From Neodothiora populina (lineage: Eukaryota), in contig NW_027191413.1 in NCBI RefSeq assembly GCF_041146345.1, forward strand, positions 2,852,001-2,916,000: a DNA stretch of 64,000 nucleotides, written 5' to 3'. Made by a program: the position numbers and the translations under genes. Below, piece by piece: positions 49,175 through 61,264 of the stretch. Position 1 is the first letter of the stretch, and the number at the start of each line of letters is the position of its first letter. A model generated the notes under the pieces. It saw nothing but the letters and a program-made list of their open reading frames with translations. It was not told where the DNA came from and did no database searches.

Positions 49175-50472
49175 ATGGACTCTCACCCATCTAATGACAT
49201 GTCGATGGTCTCGATGGAAACCGAAAATTCGTTGTCTAGCATGTTGCCCGGAGAGGTGGACTATCTAACTTATCACACCGCCGAGGACATGCCTTGCTTC
49301 TTACTTTCACTTTCGCCAGAGGTTCTCACCATCGTAGCGCAAAATCTCGCCCCGGCAGATCTCCTAGCAGTCCGTCCAGTCTGCAGACAAATCCGTGATG
49401 TGGTCAGTCCATTCTTCGCGGTCGCCCACTTCACAACGCGGAAACATTCTTTCTCCATACGCAGTCTTTTGAACCTGATCAGCATCATCGAACACCCTAC
49501 CTTCAGGTTTTCCATCCAGAAAATCCTGCTCAGCACCTGTCCAATAAGCGCCGTGGGGTTACCCATCTATCGAATCCCCGAAATCTCGGGCATCGATCTT
49601 AAGGTGCCTTTGGCTTCGATGAAGATCGCCGCACTGCTTTTGCTTGTGGTAACGGAACAGAGCTTATCGCACACATCATAGAAACGGTTAACAGGATAAA
49701 TCCCACCGTTACATTCGGTGTCTACCTTGATGAAGGGGACTGGCAGAAACCATCTGTCCGCTTCGGCTTATTCCGACCTTCACGCAATCTCAGATTGCTC
49801 ATCACAGGCTCTCAGTTGTCATCAATTCCTATCCGACGTTTGGCTTTAGAGGGACCAATAGGTTTCGTGATTCAGCTTGACCAGTTGGAACAATACCTAG
49901 AGTTGTCGTATATAGAGGAGCTAACGATATCCTCCCAAGGTCATCAAAACATTGCCATAGAAGCGATCCTCATGTGGATGGACAACTTGAGGTATCTCAA
50001 ACTCGATTGCGCGGTCATGCACGAGGAACAGATGCAATTCTTGCTGAATCTATCCACGTTTTGAAACTTGCGCAAGCTTCAACTTTGCAACTAGAAGCCG
50101 ACATACCCTCACAGCGGAAGCATGAGGACATTTATTGGCATACAGCGCTTACTCCTGGAAAACGAATCATCATTACAGAATCTGGTCCATGACAATGTGC
50201 TTCTACCATTGACACTCTGGAGATGGTTATGCAAACGCATGCTGTATGAATTGTCATTGACCGAACTCTGCCTGTCTACAATCAGCTACTACGATATCAA
50301 TACAGACCCTGCTGCTGTGCTTGAGGGACCTAAAGCCTTCGACATACCCTCTGAGATCTGCCGCGACTCGAATGCTGTCAAGGGCTGTGCCACACGTCTC
50401 TTGACTTGCATCGAGAACCTCAATCTATCAGCTGTGGAAGATGTTGAGCAAGTACTCCAGACTCGCACATGA
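49175..50472 (+). pseudogene. F-box domain protein pseudogene
   Basis: F-box-like LLSLSPEVLTIVAQNLAPADLLAVRPVCRQI is followed by SLLNLISIIEHPTF. The protein-like reading continues after a frameshift near 49555-49600 and through in-frame stops TAA 49600, TGA 50062 and TAG 50092. I saw no splice signals that would remove these lesions. Confidence 0.7.
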
Positions 50473-51579
50473 TCTTCTGTATAATCCTCTCCCGCACTTT
50501 CGGACGCCGGATAGACCAGTGCTTCTAGCCCTGAGCAAGGTCCGACAGAGCATAATTTCAATTCTTTTCAGCCCTCAATAGTCGACGGAAGAGATGTTCT
50601 TTGCTGCCTGTATATGTGCATATACACATAATTGGATACTGGTGGTCAGCCACGTCTCTACACCATGTTCAATCTCTGAACAATCGACCGTAACACCAGA
50701 AGAAGCGGACATCAGACGCCATACAAGGCACGATTCTCAAGTGAGAATTCCAAATACATTGGTTCTCTTTGTCGCTCGTCGCATGCCTATAATCATAAAC
50801 CAGGAAAAGCAGGGGAAAGGAGAAGATACAATCATAGAACTACACCAAGGCCCTAACCAGGCGTCCGTGTTGAGGCCCGATGATATTCTTCATCACACAT
50901 TACGAGGCTTACTACTTGTACAAGTTCAACAAAGGAACGTAAAGCAGTATCGAACAGGAACGATGAGAACGAATACTGAGTCTCCTCGGAGGGACAAGCT
51001 TAAACCTGATCTCGAAGAGCTGTGGTACTGGAATTTACTTACCATTTTTCAATTTCTCGCTTCTAAGAAAGACTAAGAGAAGAGGATGTTTTTTCATTTC
51101 TTTTCCGCGTTCATGCTCAATGGATACGAATGACTACTCTATCTGTTCATAGTTCGATAGCACGATAAATATGGCACAGTAGATACGTTGACGATCCTTC
51201 ACTATGCTTGATGCACACTAATGCTCCATAGGACGGTACCGGTATACATCCGTAAATGGGTTTTCCAAATCACTTATCAAAGACCAATGGTCTGTCCGTG
51301 TGTATTCGTCTCTCATCGTAACAGCATGATGAACACGATAGATACGTGATTCCGCATTGCTCAGAACACACAGATATACTATTAGTCTATCTGTGTGCCT
51401 GTCGGTGGTTCGATAGCACAACAGCTAGAAGGGCTACAGCTAAACAGCCACGTGAACAAGAGTTGCAAAAATTTGCATTTTCGATGGAAAGTAAACAAAT
51501 TTCTCTTTTCAATCATTATTGAATAGGGGCAGAAAAATGTCAAATCCATGCTTCAAAAAAGCCGTATAATCTTCCACCC

Positions 51580-51595
51580 TTTTTTTTTTTTTTTT
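51580..51595. repeat. T16 homopolymer in an AT-rich intergenic stretch
   Basis: Read directly from the sequence. Confidence 0.9.
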
Positions 51596-52186
51596 AAAGC
51601 GCTATAGCGCATTCTCGATAATAAAGCGTCTATGAAGACTACAAACACGAGATGCCGAATGCTCCTGAGGTAAAGCACTTGATGTCCTTGTCTTTTCTAT
51701 ACTCTTTGATTACTTCACGCGCGGTACAGTACTTTTCTTCCATCCCTAGGATCAAGTGCTAATGATTCGACTTACGATGCATTGGGGTAGCTTGCTTTCT
51801 GTGTCTATTGGTGGGCTAAGCGATATTATCCTGTGTGAAGGGCATTGAATCACTCGTTGCCCCTATTGTTCAGGAATATCGGTTCCACGCATAGTTATGG
51901 CACAGTGTATATGAAGATGAAATGACGAAGATGAAATGATGAAACGATGATAACAATGATTAGAATTGATTTGCATTGATCAAGGTAGTAGAACAAGGTA
52001 GCTCCAAGAAGAAAAGCACCGCCATGAACGTCCAATCCAGCTTGGTCGTGTTCCCCCGACAGAGAGGCTAAAGCAGAGATGAACAAATCACAAGCAAAGC
52101 ACGAAAGAGGCAGAAGAAGGAAAAGGTCACACGAAATGCCGTCCGCGAAAAAATGCATAAGACATATATGAAACATGACAGATTTA

Positions 52187-52188
<2 letters not shown>

Positions 52189-52215
<27 letters not shown>
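52189..52215. repeat. (TGC)9 microsatellite downstream of the aminopeptidase gene
   Basis: Read directly from the sequence. Confidence 0.9.
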
Positions 52216-52217
<2 letters not shown>

Positions 52218-52403
52218 AAAGCCAAACAAAAAAGAGCAAAAAAACACAAAAATGAAAGACACAGTATGGATACAATCGATTCGTCGTCGTCGTCGTCGTC
52301 ATCGCCGTCCTTTCCACCTTGTTCTCCTGTCACCACCCACCCTGGCTTATATGTAAAGCCCCAATTTTCTTGGATATCCTGTCGTGGCAAAAAAAAAAAG
52401 CGT

Positions 52404-54362
52404 CTACTCTCTGAACTCCCTGTCAATGTCCTCGAACCCGTTCAAGTAACCCTCGAAGCAAATGACACCGAGACCAGGATCCAGATTGCCCGTGGTGGCG
52501 CGGATAGAATGCATGCTGAGCTGAGGCAGACCGGCATCGATGGTCCTGATACCGGTCGCACAGCTGAGCATGGGACCCACGGTGCCGCCGGATCGGCTGT
52601 CGTTTCTGATCTGGAAGACCTGGAGCTTGGAACCGACGCGCTCGGCGCACAGAGAGAAAATGGCGGTGCTGACGCCATCGGTGGTCATGTGGCCGTTGCT
52701 GTCTGCGGCGACGACGACGCCGGTGTTGAGGGCGGGCGCGTGGTTCTCGAGGTAGGTGGACAGGAAGTTGGGGTTCACGGCGTGGGTGACGTCCGAGGAG
52801 ACGATGAACGAGTTGGCGTATGTGCGGCCCATGAGGTCAGGAGACACAGACCAGCCTCCTGCGAGGTTGCACACGACGCGTTCGAGCACAATGTTCAAGA
52901 AGTTGGACTTGGCGCCTTGACGGAGACCGGAACCGATCTCCTCGTCGTCGGACAGGAAGACGGTCTTGATGAGGCCGGAGTGAGGGGTGTGGTAGGATGC
53001 CGAGTTGATCAGAGCCTGGATGGCGGCCCACGAGCAGAGTTTATCGTCGATGCGGCCAGCAGTGATGAACTCCTTGTCCAGGCCCAGAAGGTCGGCAGGC
53101 TGGGTGTCGTACAGCTCCAATTCCCACTGGATGATGTTGCCGTAGTCTGATTGCCTGATGCCGAGCTCGTTGGCGATGGCTCGCACGAGACGAGGAGGTT
53201 GAGTCGAAGTGAACGAACCTGGGGGACCGGCAGGCTTGACGTCTTCACCGGGTGCAGACTCGAGACCGACAATGGGAGTCATCTGAGTCTCCTGGTTGAA
53301 GGGACCGACGGCATTGGCGCCAAAGTGAGGGGCCAGAGTCGGGATCTTGGCAATGGGCCATCCCAGCTTGACGAGTCTGGTTGTGATTCTGCCGTCCTCC
53401 TTGACGAGCACGCGACCGCCGATGCTCAAGTCACGGTCCCACCAGGTGTTGCCCATGCCGCCGGCGTAGGGAGCGACGCCCAGCTGGACATATCCGGCCT
53501 TGTTGGGCACTTGGGAGACGGGCTTGAGCTTCGCAGTCAAGGCGTCGATGTGGCCGGCCAGGATAGCAGAGCCATTGCCCGGGTCGTACTTCTCGCCGAC
53601 GACAAAGGCGATGACGGCGGATCCGTTGCGCTCGACGTAGTACTTGCCGCCCTTCTTGATGTCCCAGATGTCCCGCTCCGACAGCTTCTTGAAGCCGGCT
53701 CTCTGGAGTTGGCAGCCGATGGCGTCGACGGCGTGGAAGACGGTGGGGTTCTCGGTCAGGAAGTCGCAGAAGGGCTTGCAGTAGACCTTTGCGTTGTCGG
53801 CGGTGGCCTGGGGGTAGGGGGGACGGGCGGGCGATCTGTTCTGCGAGGTCGAGGGAGCCTCGAGCGTCGCTTTGGCATCGTCGAGGATCTTGTCCAGTCT
53901 CTCGTGCTCGCTGCGCAGGCTGCTCTCGAGCTGCGCCATCTGCTTGAGGAGAAAGTCGTTGGGCCTTTCTTGCTCGGCGGCCGACTTGTACATTTCGGCA
54001 ATTGGAGGGACCTGAGGCGCATCGTGGCTCAGCGAGACGTTGTTGAGACGCTGCACGTTCTGCTTGAGCAAGCTCAGGAGCTCAGCCTGTTCGGCGAGGG
54101 TCGAGGCAGCGAGCACGTTTCTCAGTGTCTCGTTGGTGTTGATGGGGCCATTGTTGTTGTTGTTGTTATGGCTGTGTTGAGAGTCGGGACGAGGAGAATG
54201 GGAGTGGGAGTGGGAGTGCAGGCTGTTGCCATTGACACCGTTTCCATTCACGCCATTGCCTGCCATGTTGTCCGGATGGTAATTGTGGTAGCTGCTGTTG
54301 TAGTTGTTGTTAATGGCAGGACTCGATCGCATGCGATGAAGACCTTGGAGATTCTTCACCAT
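52404..54362 (-). CDS. APE1: Vacuolar aminopeptidase I-like M18 metallopeptidase (652 aa)
   Basis: Motifs NPTVFHA, GHIDAL, APYAGG, WWDRDL, IPTLAPHFG, RIDDKLCS, DDEEIGS, SSDVTHAVNPNF, RSGGTVGP and QLSMHSIR. It carries a long N-terminal extension, and downstream ATGs are possible starts. Confidence 0.92.
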   Translation of the reverse strand: MVKNLQGLHRMRSSPAINNNYNSSYHNYHPDNMAGNGVNGNGVNGNSLHSHSHSHSPRPDSQHSHNNNNNNGPINTNETLRNVLAASTLAEQAELLSLLKQNVQRLNNVSLSHDAPQVPPIAEMYKSAAEQERPNDFLLKQMAQLESSLRSEHERLDKILDDAKATLEAPSTSQNRSPARPPYPQATADNAKVYCKPFCDFLTENPTVFHAVDAIGCQLQRAGFKKLSERDIWDIKKGGKYYVERNGSAVIAFVVGEKYDPGNGSAILAGHIDALTAKLKPVSQVPNKAGYVQLGVAPYAGGMGNTWWDRDLSIGGRVLVKEDGRITTRLVKLGWPIAKIPTLAPHFGANAVGPFNQETQMTPIVGLESAPGEDVKPAGPPGSFTSTQPPRLVRAIANELGIRQSDYGNIIQWELELYDTQPADLLGLDKEFITAGRIDDKLCSWAAIQALINSASYHTPHSGLIKTVFLSDDEEIGSGLRQGAKSNFLNIVLERVVCNLAGGWSVSPDLMGRTYANSFIVSSDVTHAVNPNFLSTYLENHAPALNTGVVVAADSNGHMTTDGVSTAIFSLCAERVGSKLQVFQIRNDSRSGGTVGPMLSCATGIRTIDAGLPQLSMHSIRATTGNLDPGLGVICFEGYLNGFEDIDREFRE

Positions 54363-54928
54363 TGGGAGATGCGGGAGACGTTATAAAGCACGAGGGGCGG
54401 TGAATTGGTAGCAATTGCCAGACGATCAAGGACGGTGAGGCGCGAGTGACAGCAAAGAACGAGATCCACTGTCAGCAAGAAAGTGGTTTGATATGGAGAA
54501 TAATATACAGAAGACTTGGTTGGGTTGCCTAGTCAGGATCTGGGCTCAGGTCGGGATCAGAGGGTCGGAGTAAGACGTTACGTTTCGAGAGAGTAGAGTA
54601 GATGAAAGCAGTAACAATTAATATAGAAGCCTGATGCTATACCAGTCTGGGCCGATCTGTTTGGGATCACTAACACTAAAGGGCACAAGCACGATAATCG
54701 ATAAGATGGCAGCCTGGTACCTGCGTGGGCAAGCAGACTAATACACAATACACAAAGTGTATACCATAAACAACACAGCAAGCCAACCGCTACAGCTACA
54801 ACATTGCCCGTGCAGGAAGAGACTACTCCACTGCTTCACTCTATCGATACTCTATAGGACAAAGAATACGAGGAGAGGGCTTGAGCACAGTCCTTTTGCT
54901 TCTTCTCGCACATTCTCTCTTTCTCTCC

Positions 54929-54948
54929 CTCTCTCTCTCTCTCTCTCT
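54929..54948. repeat. (CT)10 microsatellite
   Basis: Read directly from the sequence; lies upstream of APE1. Confidence 0.9.
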
Positions 54949-55843
54949 GTCTGTCCACTGACTGACTCCCGTTCAGGCCGCCAACATTCACCAAATCCAG
55001 GTACAATACAGAAATAACCCCCCGGAACCCCGAGCGACTCCGATATCGAACTCTGTTTTCTGTTGTTCTCTTTCTCACTCGCTGGCCGTCTGTCTCCCCA
55101 CCTTTTCCAACTAGTCGCTCGACCTGCCCTGAGCTCTCTTGTTCCCCGCACATCTGACAATCGATGGGACCTTGGAGGTGAGGTGTGATGTGTTTCGTGG
55201 CCATCCATGTCATCGTCATCATACCAGCATCATCGACATCAATCTTCTACGTTTCTTCGGAGCTGTCGGCGGTGGTCGACTGGCCAAGGTACTGTAGGCC
55301 GGTTTCACATCCCTCACCTTCTCCAATCGCTCGATCGAAGTGGCTTGTCAGAGCCATGAAGCGAAGCAACAGATAGGGTATAGCGTACAAGCCACAGACT
55401 GTGGCATTTCGTCACAGCTTCTCCAGCTCTTGTCGTTCTGACCTCTCAGAAACACCCGTTCTGCTTTTCGAACCATACAAGGACCCCTTGTCCGGACGGG
55501 AAATGGGACATCCTGAACGATATTCGATCAAGAGGTTGATGTTTTCCAGGTTTTTCTTGTCGCCTGTTCCCGCCTGTGTGTGCCTTGTTTCGTGAGGTAG
55601 CTGATGTATCGCATGCATGACTTGTGGTGCTTATTTTCTGTTGAGATTGTATTTACTGTCGCGAGTCGACCTTGGAACTGTCTGACTGGTTTGTTTCGCT
55701 TTACTCATCATTTCTGTCTCAACTGGACTCGCCCATCGATAAAACTATACAAAAAGCCGCATGTCCATCTCATCCTTCCCCATATAGTCTCATCTTTCCC
55801 CATTATCCATCTTGAAGAGGTCCAAGAGGAGATATATAGCAAA

Positions 55844-56467
55844 ATGTCTCAACCAATCAAGAAAACAACCCAAACAACAACCCCTCCCAAACCCTCCTCG
55901 GTCAGTGGTACTTCCTCATCGTCTGCAGCAGCAGCAGCAGCGCAGTCGTCCAGCGACCAAGACCTGCACAAAGTAATCGACAAACTCGAGGCCAAGATAA
56001 AAGCAGTGTATTTTCCACCTTGAATACCCACCCTATACCTCATGTCCAAATGCATATACCCACCATAGACAGATAAACACTAAGACAAGAAATTGAACAA
56101 TAGCAACGCCAACTCCCTCTCCCGCACCCAGAACGCCCGCCTCACAAGCGCAGACGACAAGCTGCACCCGCTGCTGTCTCTCAAGACCGGGCGTGCGATA
56201 GACAGGTTTCCCGAGACGCCGAGGGGCGTGGGCAAGTTGAGTGGTTTGTCTTTTTCCTCTCTTTTTTCTTTTTCCTCTTCGCTTCAGCTTTGATGGACTT
56301 GATGCAATGAAGGAATTTGACTGACTGGATTTTTCTCCGTCTGTTTTACAGTGACGTTGGTCGACTCGACGCTCTTGGCGCTCGAAGCGGATAGGTCTGG
56401 AAAGGAAGACGAGAAGAGGGCGAGACTGAGAGAGCAGATTGGGTTGGTGGGCAAGGATCCTGCCTGA
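55844..56467 (+). CDS. Small coiled-coil protein with a Mug135-like C-terminal domain (~139 aa), 3 exons
   Basis: Introns 56008-56103 and 56244-56351 give ...DKLEAKIKAVNANSLSRTQNARL...LHPLLSLKTGRAIDRFPETPRGVGKLSVTLVDSTLLALEADRSGKEDEKRARLREQIGL. This fits the N..R..N / PL / FPxT / L..IG pattern I recall for Mug135_C. Confidence 0.7.
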
Positions 56468-57032
56468 TTCTTCGTTGAGTATCATATTCCGTGTCGCTCT
56501 TGGGGTTGTGAGGGCGTGATCATCAGGAGAAGGTAATACAAGGGAGGGAAATGAATTCTGTTAAATACAAAATGCTAGATACGCCGTTCATGATGAATGA
56601 TGAATGCAAATGTGTAAATGGGTTTACTTTCGTCTTGTTCTTGTCGTCTGGTCTCTTGTGAGGATTCGACCTCGTTCTTCTTCTCAATATCCTTGTCCGT
56701 GCTCTCACACATCCATCGCGAAACTATCTTGTTCCTCTCATTCTCTCCTCCCTACCTCTTTCGAAGATGCCCAACCTATCTTGCCCCGCTACTCTTCTCT
56801 TCCACAGAACTGCCCCTAACCAGCCATCCATTCGGCCATCCCATTTTGACTCCCCCTTTCCCATTCGCCCCTCTCCCAGAACATATGCAAAACCCGGCCG
56901 TTGTTTCATTCGTCGTTGTCGGCGCTTTTTGCGGAATGACAGGCCAGACAATCAAGTCCAGTCTGGCATGTACAAACGCAACAGACACACCGACATTCAT
57001 GCGTTGATTCGAGGAAGATGAAGAAGGAACAT

Positions 57033-58042
57033 CTACTCTTCTTCGTCTTCTAGCTCGTCGTCATGGCTAGCGGAAATCACAGGTAATCAGCATTCGTCTA
57101 GGATGTTCATCGGAGATGGCGAATGATATGGACGAAAAGAAAAACAAACATACCGAAGCAGATCCTTGACGTTGCCCATCTCGTAATGCTTCTTCCGCAT
57201 CTCTTCGAACTTCTTGTGCTTCTCTAACTCGTCTGCGGGCATGTCTTCGATGTTGCCCTCTCCGTGTCTGCCCGTGTCGTCGACGTCCATGGCGTCAGGG
57301 CCGTCCGCGGCGGCGACCATGACTCTCTTTTCGCCGTCACTCGACCTCCGCTCCATGTTGACGTCGTTTTGCGGCTCGCCGAGATCTAGATCCGGGATAC
57401 TACCTTCTCTGGCGCGCATCTGTTGCTGTGAGGTGGTGGCCTCGCCGTCGAGGACCTTGGCTTTGTCCAGCTCGTCGACGACGACCTGAGAGGGATCGAT
57501 CAAGGCCGGCTCTTCCTGCTCTTCCTCGTAGTCTTCGGGCACGCCGCTGCCGGTGAGTCCTCGGACGAAGGGTGTCTTGGGCTCGTCGATCTTCATCTTG
57601 CCGCCCATCTGGCCTTCGTTGAGGAAAAGGTTGGCTTCGTCCCACTGCAGACGCGGGCTGCCAGGGCGAGCGTTGGGATTTGAAGGGTCGGCGGCCGACG
57701 AGCGACGAGAGAGAGGGTTTCGGGCATTCGACGAAGCGCGGCGGTGGAGGGGCGATCCGGCGTTCATTTCCGTGTTCATCTGCACGATTTCCTTTTCGCT
57801 CATCTCACGGTTGGGCATGCCGGGTCGTCGCGCCGTGGAGAAGTCTTCTTGCTGCTCTTGCGGTGGCGAGTAGGGGGCGGCATTGTCGGGTTGCGCTGCC
57901 TGGAAAGAGTTGCTGTTTTTGAGGATGCCTGATCGGCGGCGTCAGCATGTGTGCGCGCACACGACGAAGCGGATGAAATACCTTTGGGTCTCTTGTTCGC
58001 GTTACTCGGCGGAGAGTGCATTGGCTCCAGAGTAGAAGACAT
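57033..58042 (-). CDS. GLC8: Protein phosphatase 1 inhibitor-2 / Glc8, 3 exons
   Basis: PKG/ILKN (SILK-type motif, across intron 57981-57929), [16 protein letters not shown] and [10 protein letters not shown] final intron at 57153-57067 leads to an acidic end, [10 protein letters not shown]. Confidence 0.92.
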
Positions 58043-58470
58043 GACGACGATGATGATGATGATGTGCAGTTAGATGCACTTGATGTTCAGTATTACTAGA
58101 CGAAGTGCTTTCCACTTTTCTGCAGATTGCCGGCCGGTTCGGAGAAGAAGACGCAGGTACGTTGACAGGACCACTGAATCAAGGTCGACTTCCGACCACT
58201 GAGATATCAGGAAAGTGTGTGTCTAGATGTAGCTATGAGTCGATACCTGAGGCAGGGGTGTGACTAGAGTTGCGAAATGCGGTGTGTGCGTGATTTTTAA
58301 GTGGGTGTAAAGTTGACAATACAGGTAATGTGCGGGGAGATTGTTATTATACGTCGACGGCGATGGTATTTTGGGGGTTGAATACGAGTCGATTGGAAGG
58401 CAGAACAGAAACAGCGATAAGCGACAGGGAACAGTAGCCCGAACAGCAGCTTGCTTCTTCTTCTTCTTCT

Positions 58471-58490
58471 TGTACTGTACTGTACTGTAC
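58471..58490. repeat. (TGTAC)4 pentanucleotide repeat
   Basis: Read directly from the sequence; upstream of GLC8 and next to a (CTT)n run. Confidence 0.85.
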
Positions 58491-59761
58491 CTCTAGATGG
58501 GAGAAGAGTGGCTTGTGACAGTTGACAGATAGCAGCCACAATGACGGAATCAGATATTGTCCGTCCGTGTATATATATGTCCTTGTGTATAACCTTGGAT
58601 GTTGCGCAACTCCGTCTGTTTTGTCAAAGATACACAAAATGGAGAATCACTCGAATGCAGCAACAGCCAAGAGGCACAGGAGATTGATATTCGATTATGG
58701 CAGTATCACATCGACAGATAGGAGATGACGGATGGCGCTGGCGGGGAGGGGCTAAACGCTGCACGTTGCTTTGCTGTCAAGTGCTCCGTTGTCTCTGACT
58801 GACTTGTGCTGGAACTAAACTAAGACTAATTGTACCCTCCCAGCTTTCTGCTCTTCCCGACCAAGCAGAAACGCAAGCAGATGCGATGGAAATGGAATGA
58901 TTGGCGATCCTCAAAGGCCCGATCACGATGGAGGGGCAGGACTGACAGACTGACGGACTGACTCCTCGGTGCACATGCCACGACTTCTGACGTCATATCA
59001 GCCATATCATCTGCCACATCTGCCCATTCCTCCAACGCAGCCATCCGGATCTTCAAAAACAACCGGTTGGCTGCTTTGATCCTCTTCTACCGGAATAAGC
59101 AAAGGAGAAGCCTGCCAAGACGCACTCGACTCCAACCGTTGCGATCATCTTTTGCCATTACTGTGAGCTGTTGCATTCGTAGAGATGATCAGTAGGTACA
59201 GTGATAGGACAAGCTTCAGATGACGGCTCGCCTGCAGTGGTCTTGTTTGTTTATGGTATCTTATTGATCTCTTATCCCTCACTGCCCAGCGTCAGAGCGG
59301 GTAGCCGAGTAGCTACACGTCTGTACTGTCCCGTCCAGCATGACGTAGCAACGCGTAATTCGACAACACAGACATACCTATAGAGCCATGCTGTAGGGGC
59401 CCAGAGTGCTCCTGCCTCTGCATGTGTCTACCTAAACTTTAGTTCTATCGTCCGCGGGTCTGTTCAAGGCATCATGTATAAGATACTTGTATCTACAGGT
59501 ACCTTGAGCTGCACGCAAGTTCAAGCTTCGACTCGTGCAGTAGCTTTACTGGTAGGCACCAATATCAAATCATTCATCGGTCTATCTAGGTACGCAGCAA
59601 GACGACGGTCGTCGATGTTAGGCTTCCAATACATACATCCAGCCTCATGTTCTTTTCCACTGGACTATCTGACCACCAACCTCCATGACGAAAGACATCA
59701 ATTGACCACCTGCTCGTGCGTGTGATACGCCACATATCTATATATGGAGCCGCTTGCTCGA

Positions 59762-61264
59762 TCACGAGCGCCAGAACCACCCGCCCTTCTCTTCCTCCTT
59801 CTCATCAGTCACAGGCATCTTGGAGCCTGCTTGGTTTTCCTGCGCGCCGAAAATCACCTCTTCCGACGTTTCTTCTCGTCCATCACCGAAACGCTTCATC
59901 AATACTTTTCTTGTCTTCGTCGTTCCGTCAGGCATATTGCTTGTTTCCGTCGTGGTCATCGTGGATACTACCGATGGCTTTGACTCTTCTTGATTGCGTT
60001 GCTCCGAGCCGCTCTCTCCATCTTTCTGTCGGCTCGACCCCATCAAGTGTTCGTACATGTCCAGTTCTGTCTCCGGAAAGCGTGTCGTCTTGCTCATCAC
60101 TCCGCCCAACTCTGTGTTTCCAATTAACTTCGCCAATTGCTCAAAGTCCCTCTTAACGGCCTCTCCATAGGGCGTCCGTGTGTGCATCCCAGATATGATC
60201 ATACTGAACACACTATCAAGCTGTCTTCTGTCTGACCAGGGTATACTGTATAATGACGGCAGCTGCGGTGGCAAAAGCCCTCTGCACTGTAGTCCCAACA
60301 TCCAGCTAGCTCCCGGTGCATTCCAGGCATTAGACATCTCCTTGTTGTCGAATTTCTTCTCATACACCTCCTTTGCAGTCTGCTCTTTGTCCAGCGATGC
60401 AGCAAGGAGATCTTCGAATGCCGCCCGCCACATCGTGCCGAATTGGTTCTCTAGCTGCAGAGGACTGTAGGCATTCTTTCTGAACCAGTCAATACCGAGC
60501 CATCGGCTTGAACCCAGGCCTCTGGTTGCGCTCGATCCAAATCTTAGTGATGTATCATCGTCGTCACCATCTCGATAGAGATCTAGTATCCTCTTCGTAG
60601 TACTTATGTCTGTGTTGGCATTCCTTGCCTGCAGCAGGATAGCACGAGCGGCCTGTCGCGCGTCCTCTCCGACTGCACCATGCACCTGCGCTGATCCACT
60701 GCCTCGGAAGTCTGAAAATGTACCTCGCGCATTGGCATGGTCATCCGTCAGCGCGTGTATACTGCTCGCAAGCTCAGCAAGCATGTTCCTCATTACCCGT
60801 GGCCCCTGCTCGAGATCTCTGGATATGTCGTGTGGCCTACATGATTCACGACTCGACGAGTCCGACGCACTTCCTAAAAAGTCCGCAAAGGCATTATTCG
60901 CCTCCGAATATGGGCTTCTCGAGGTTTGTTCTCGCCGTTCTTCTTCGACCGCGTTGATTGACCTATACCGCCCTCGACCAAACATACCACTGTCCAGAGA
61001 TCCGGCCAATGTGTCGTTTTCTGGTCTTGGAAGTTGTAGTTGCCTTTGAAGCTCGAGCTGAAGTCTCCGGATCTCAAGCTCGATGTCGCGAGGCGTTGTT
61101 GGTACATTTTGTGTCGCTTTCGCTGATTGTTGCAGCTCCCCGGATAGCGCGTTGACAGTCGCCGTTATACCTCCTACTAACGAATCTACGAATGTCTCGA
61201 GTCTGGCGATTGGATCATCTGTGTTGGAGTCATTGTCATTGCCTCCTCTGTCGCCAGGTGCCAT
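59762..61264 (-). CDS. Conserved fungal hypothetical protein (500 aa)
   Basis: Single long ORF with blocks YSPLQLE...WRAAFEDLL, TELDMYE, STMTTTE...PDGT...VLMKRFGDGREE and a terminal GGWFW. Confidence 0.8.
   Translation of the reverse strand: MAPGDRGGNDNDSNTDDPIARLETFVDSLVGGITATVNALSGELQQSAKATQNVPTTPRDIELEIRRLQLELQRQLQLPRPENDTLAGSLDSGMFGRGRYRSINAVEEERREQTSRSPYSEANNAFADFLGSASDSSSRESCRPHDISRDLEQGPRVMRNMLAELASSIHALTDDHANARGTFSDFRGSGSAQVHGAVGEDARQAARAILLQARNANTDISTTKRILDLYRDGDDDDTSLRFGSSATRGLGSSRWLGIDWFRKNAYSPLQLENQFGTMWRAAFEDLLAASLDKEQTAKEVYEKKFDNKEMSNAWNAPGASWMLGLQCRGLLPPQLPSLYSIPWSDRRQLDSVFSMIISGMHTRTPYGEAVKRDFEQLAKLIGNTELGGVMSKTTRFPETELDMYEHLMGSSRQKDGESGSEQRNQEESKPSVVSTMTTTETSNMPDGTTKTRKVLMKRFGDGREETSEEVIFGAQENQAGSKMPVTDEKEEEKGGWFWRS

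Noticed and set aside
50594..51076. 160-aa plus-strand ORF after the F-box pseudogene
   Set aside because: AT-rich with no recognisable domain; it cannot be distinguished from chance.
52188..54386. Two long plus-strand ORFs (320 and 411 aa) separated by one stop, antisense to APE1
   Set aside because: These are shadow frames produced by the strong GC3 codon bias of APE1. They have no motifs, and the first starts in a microsatellite.
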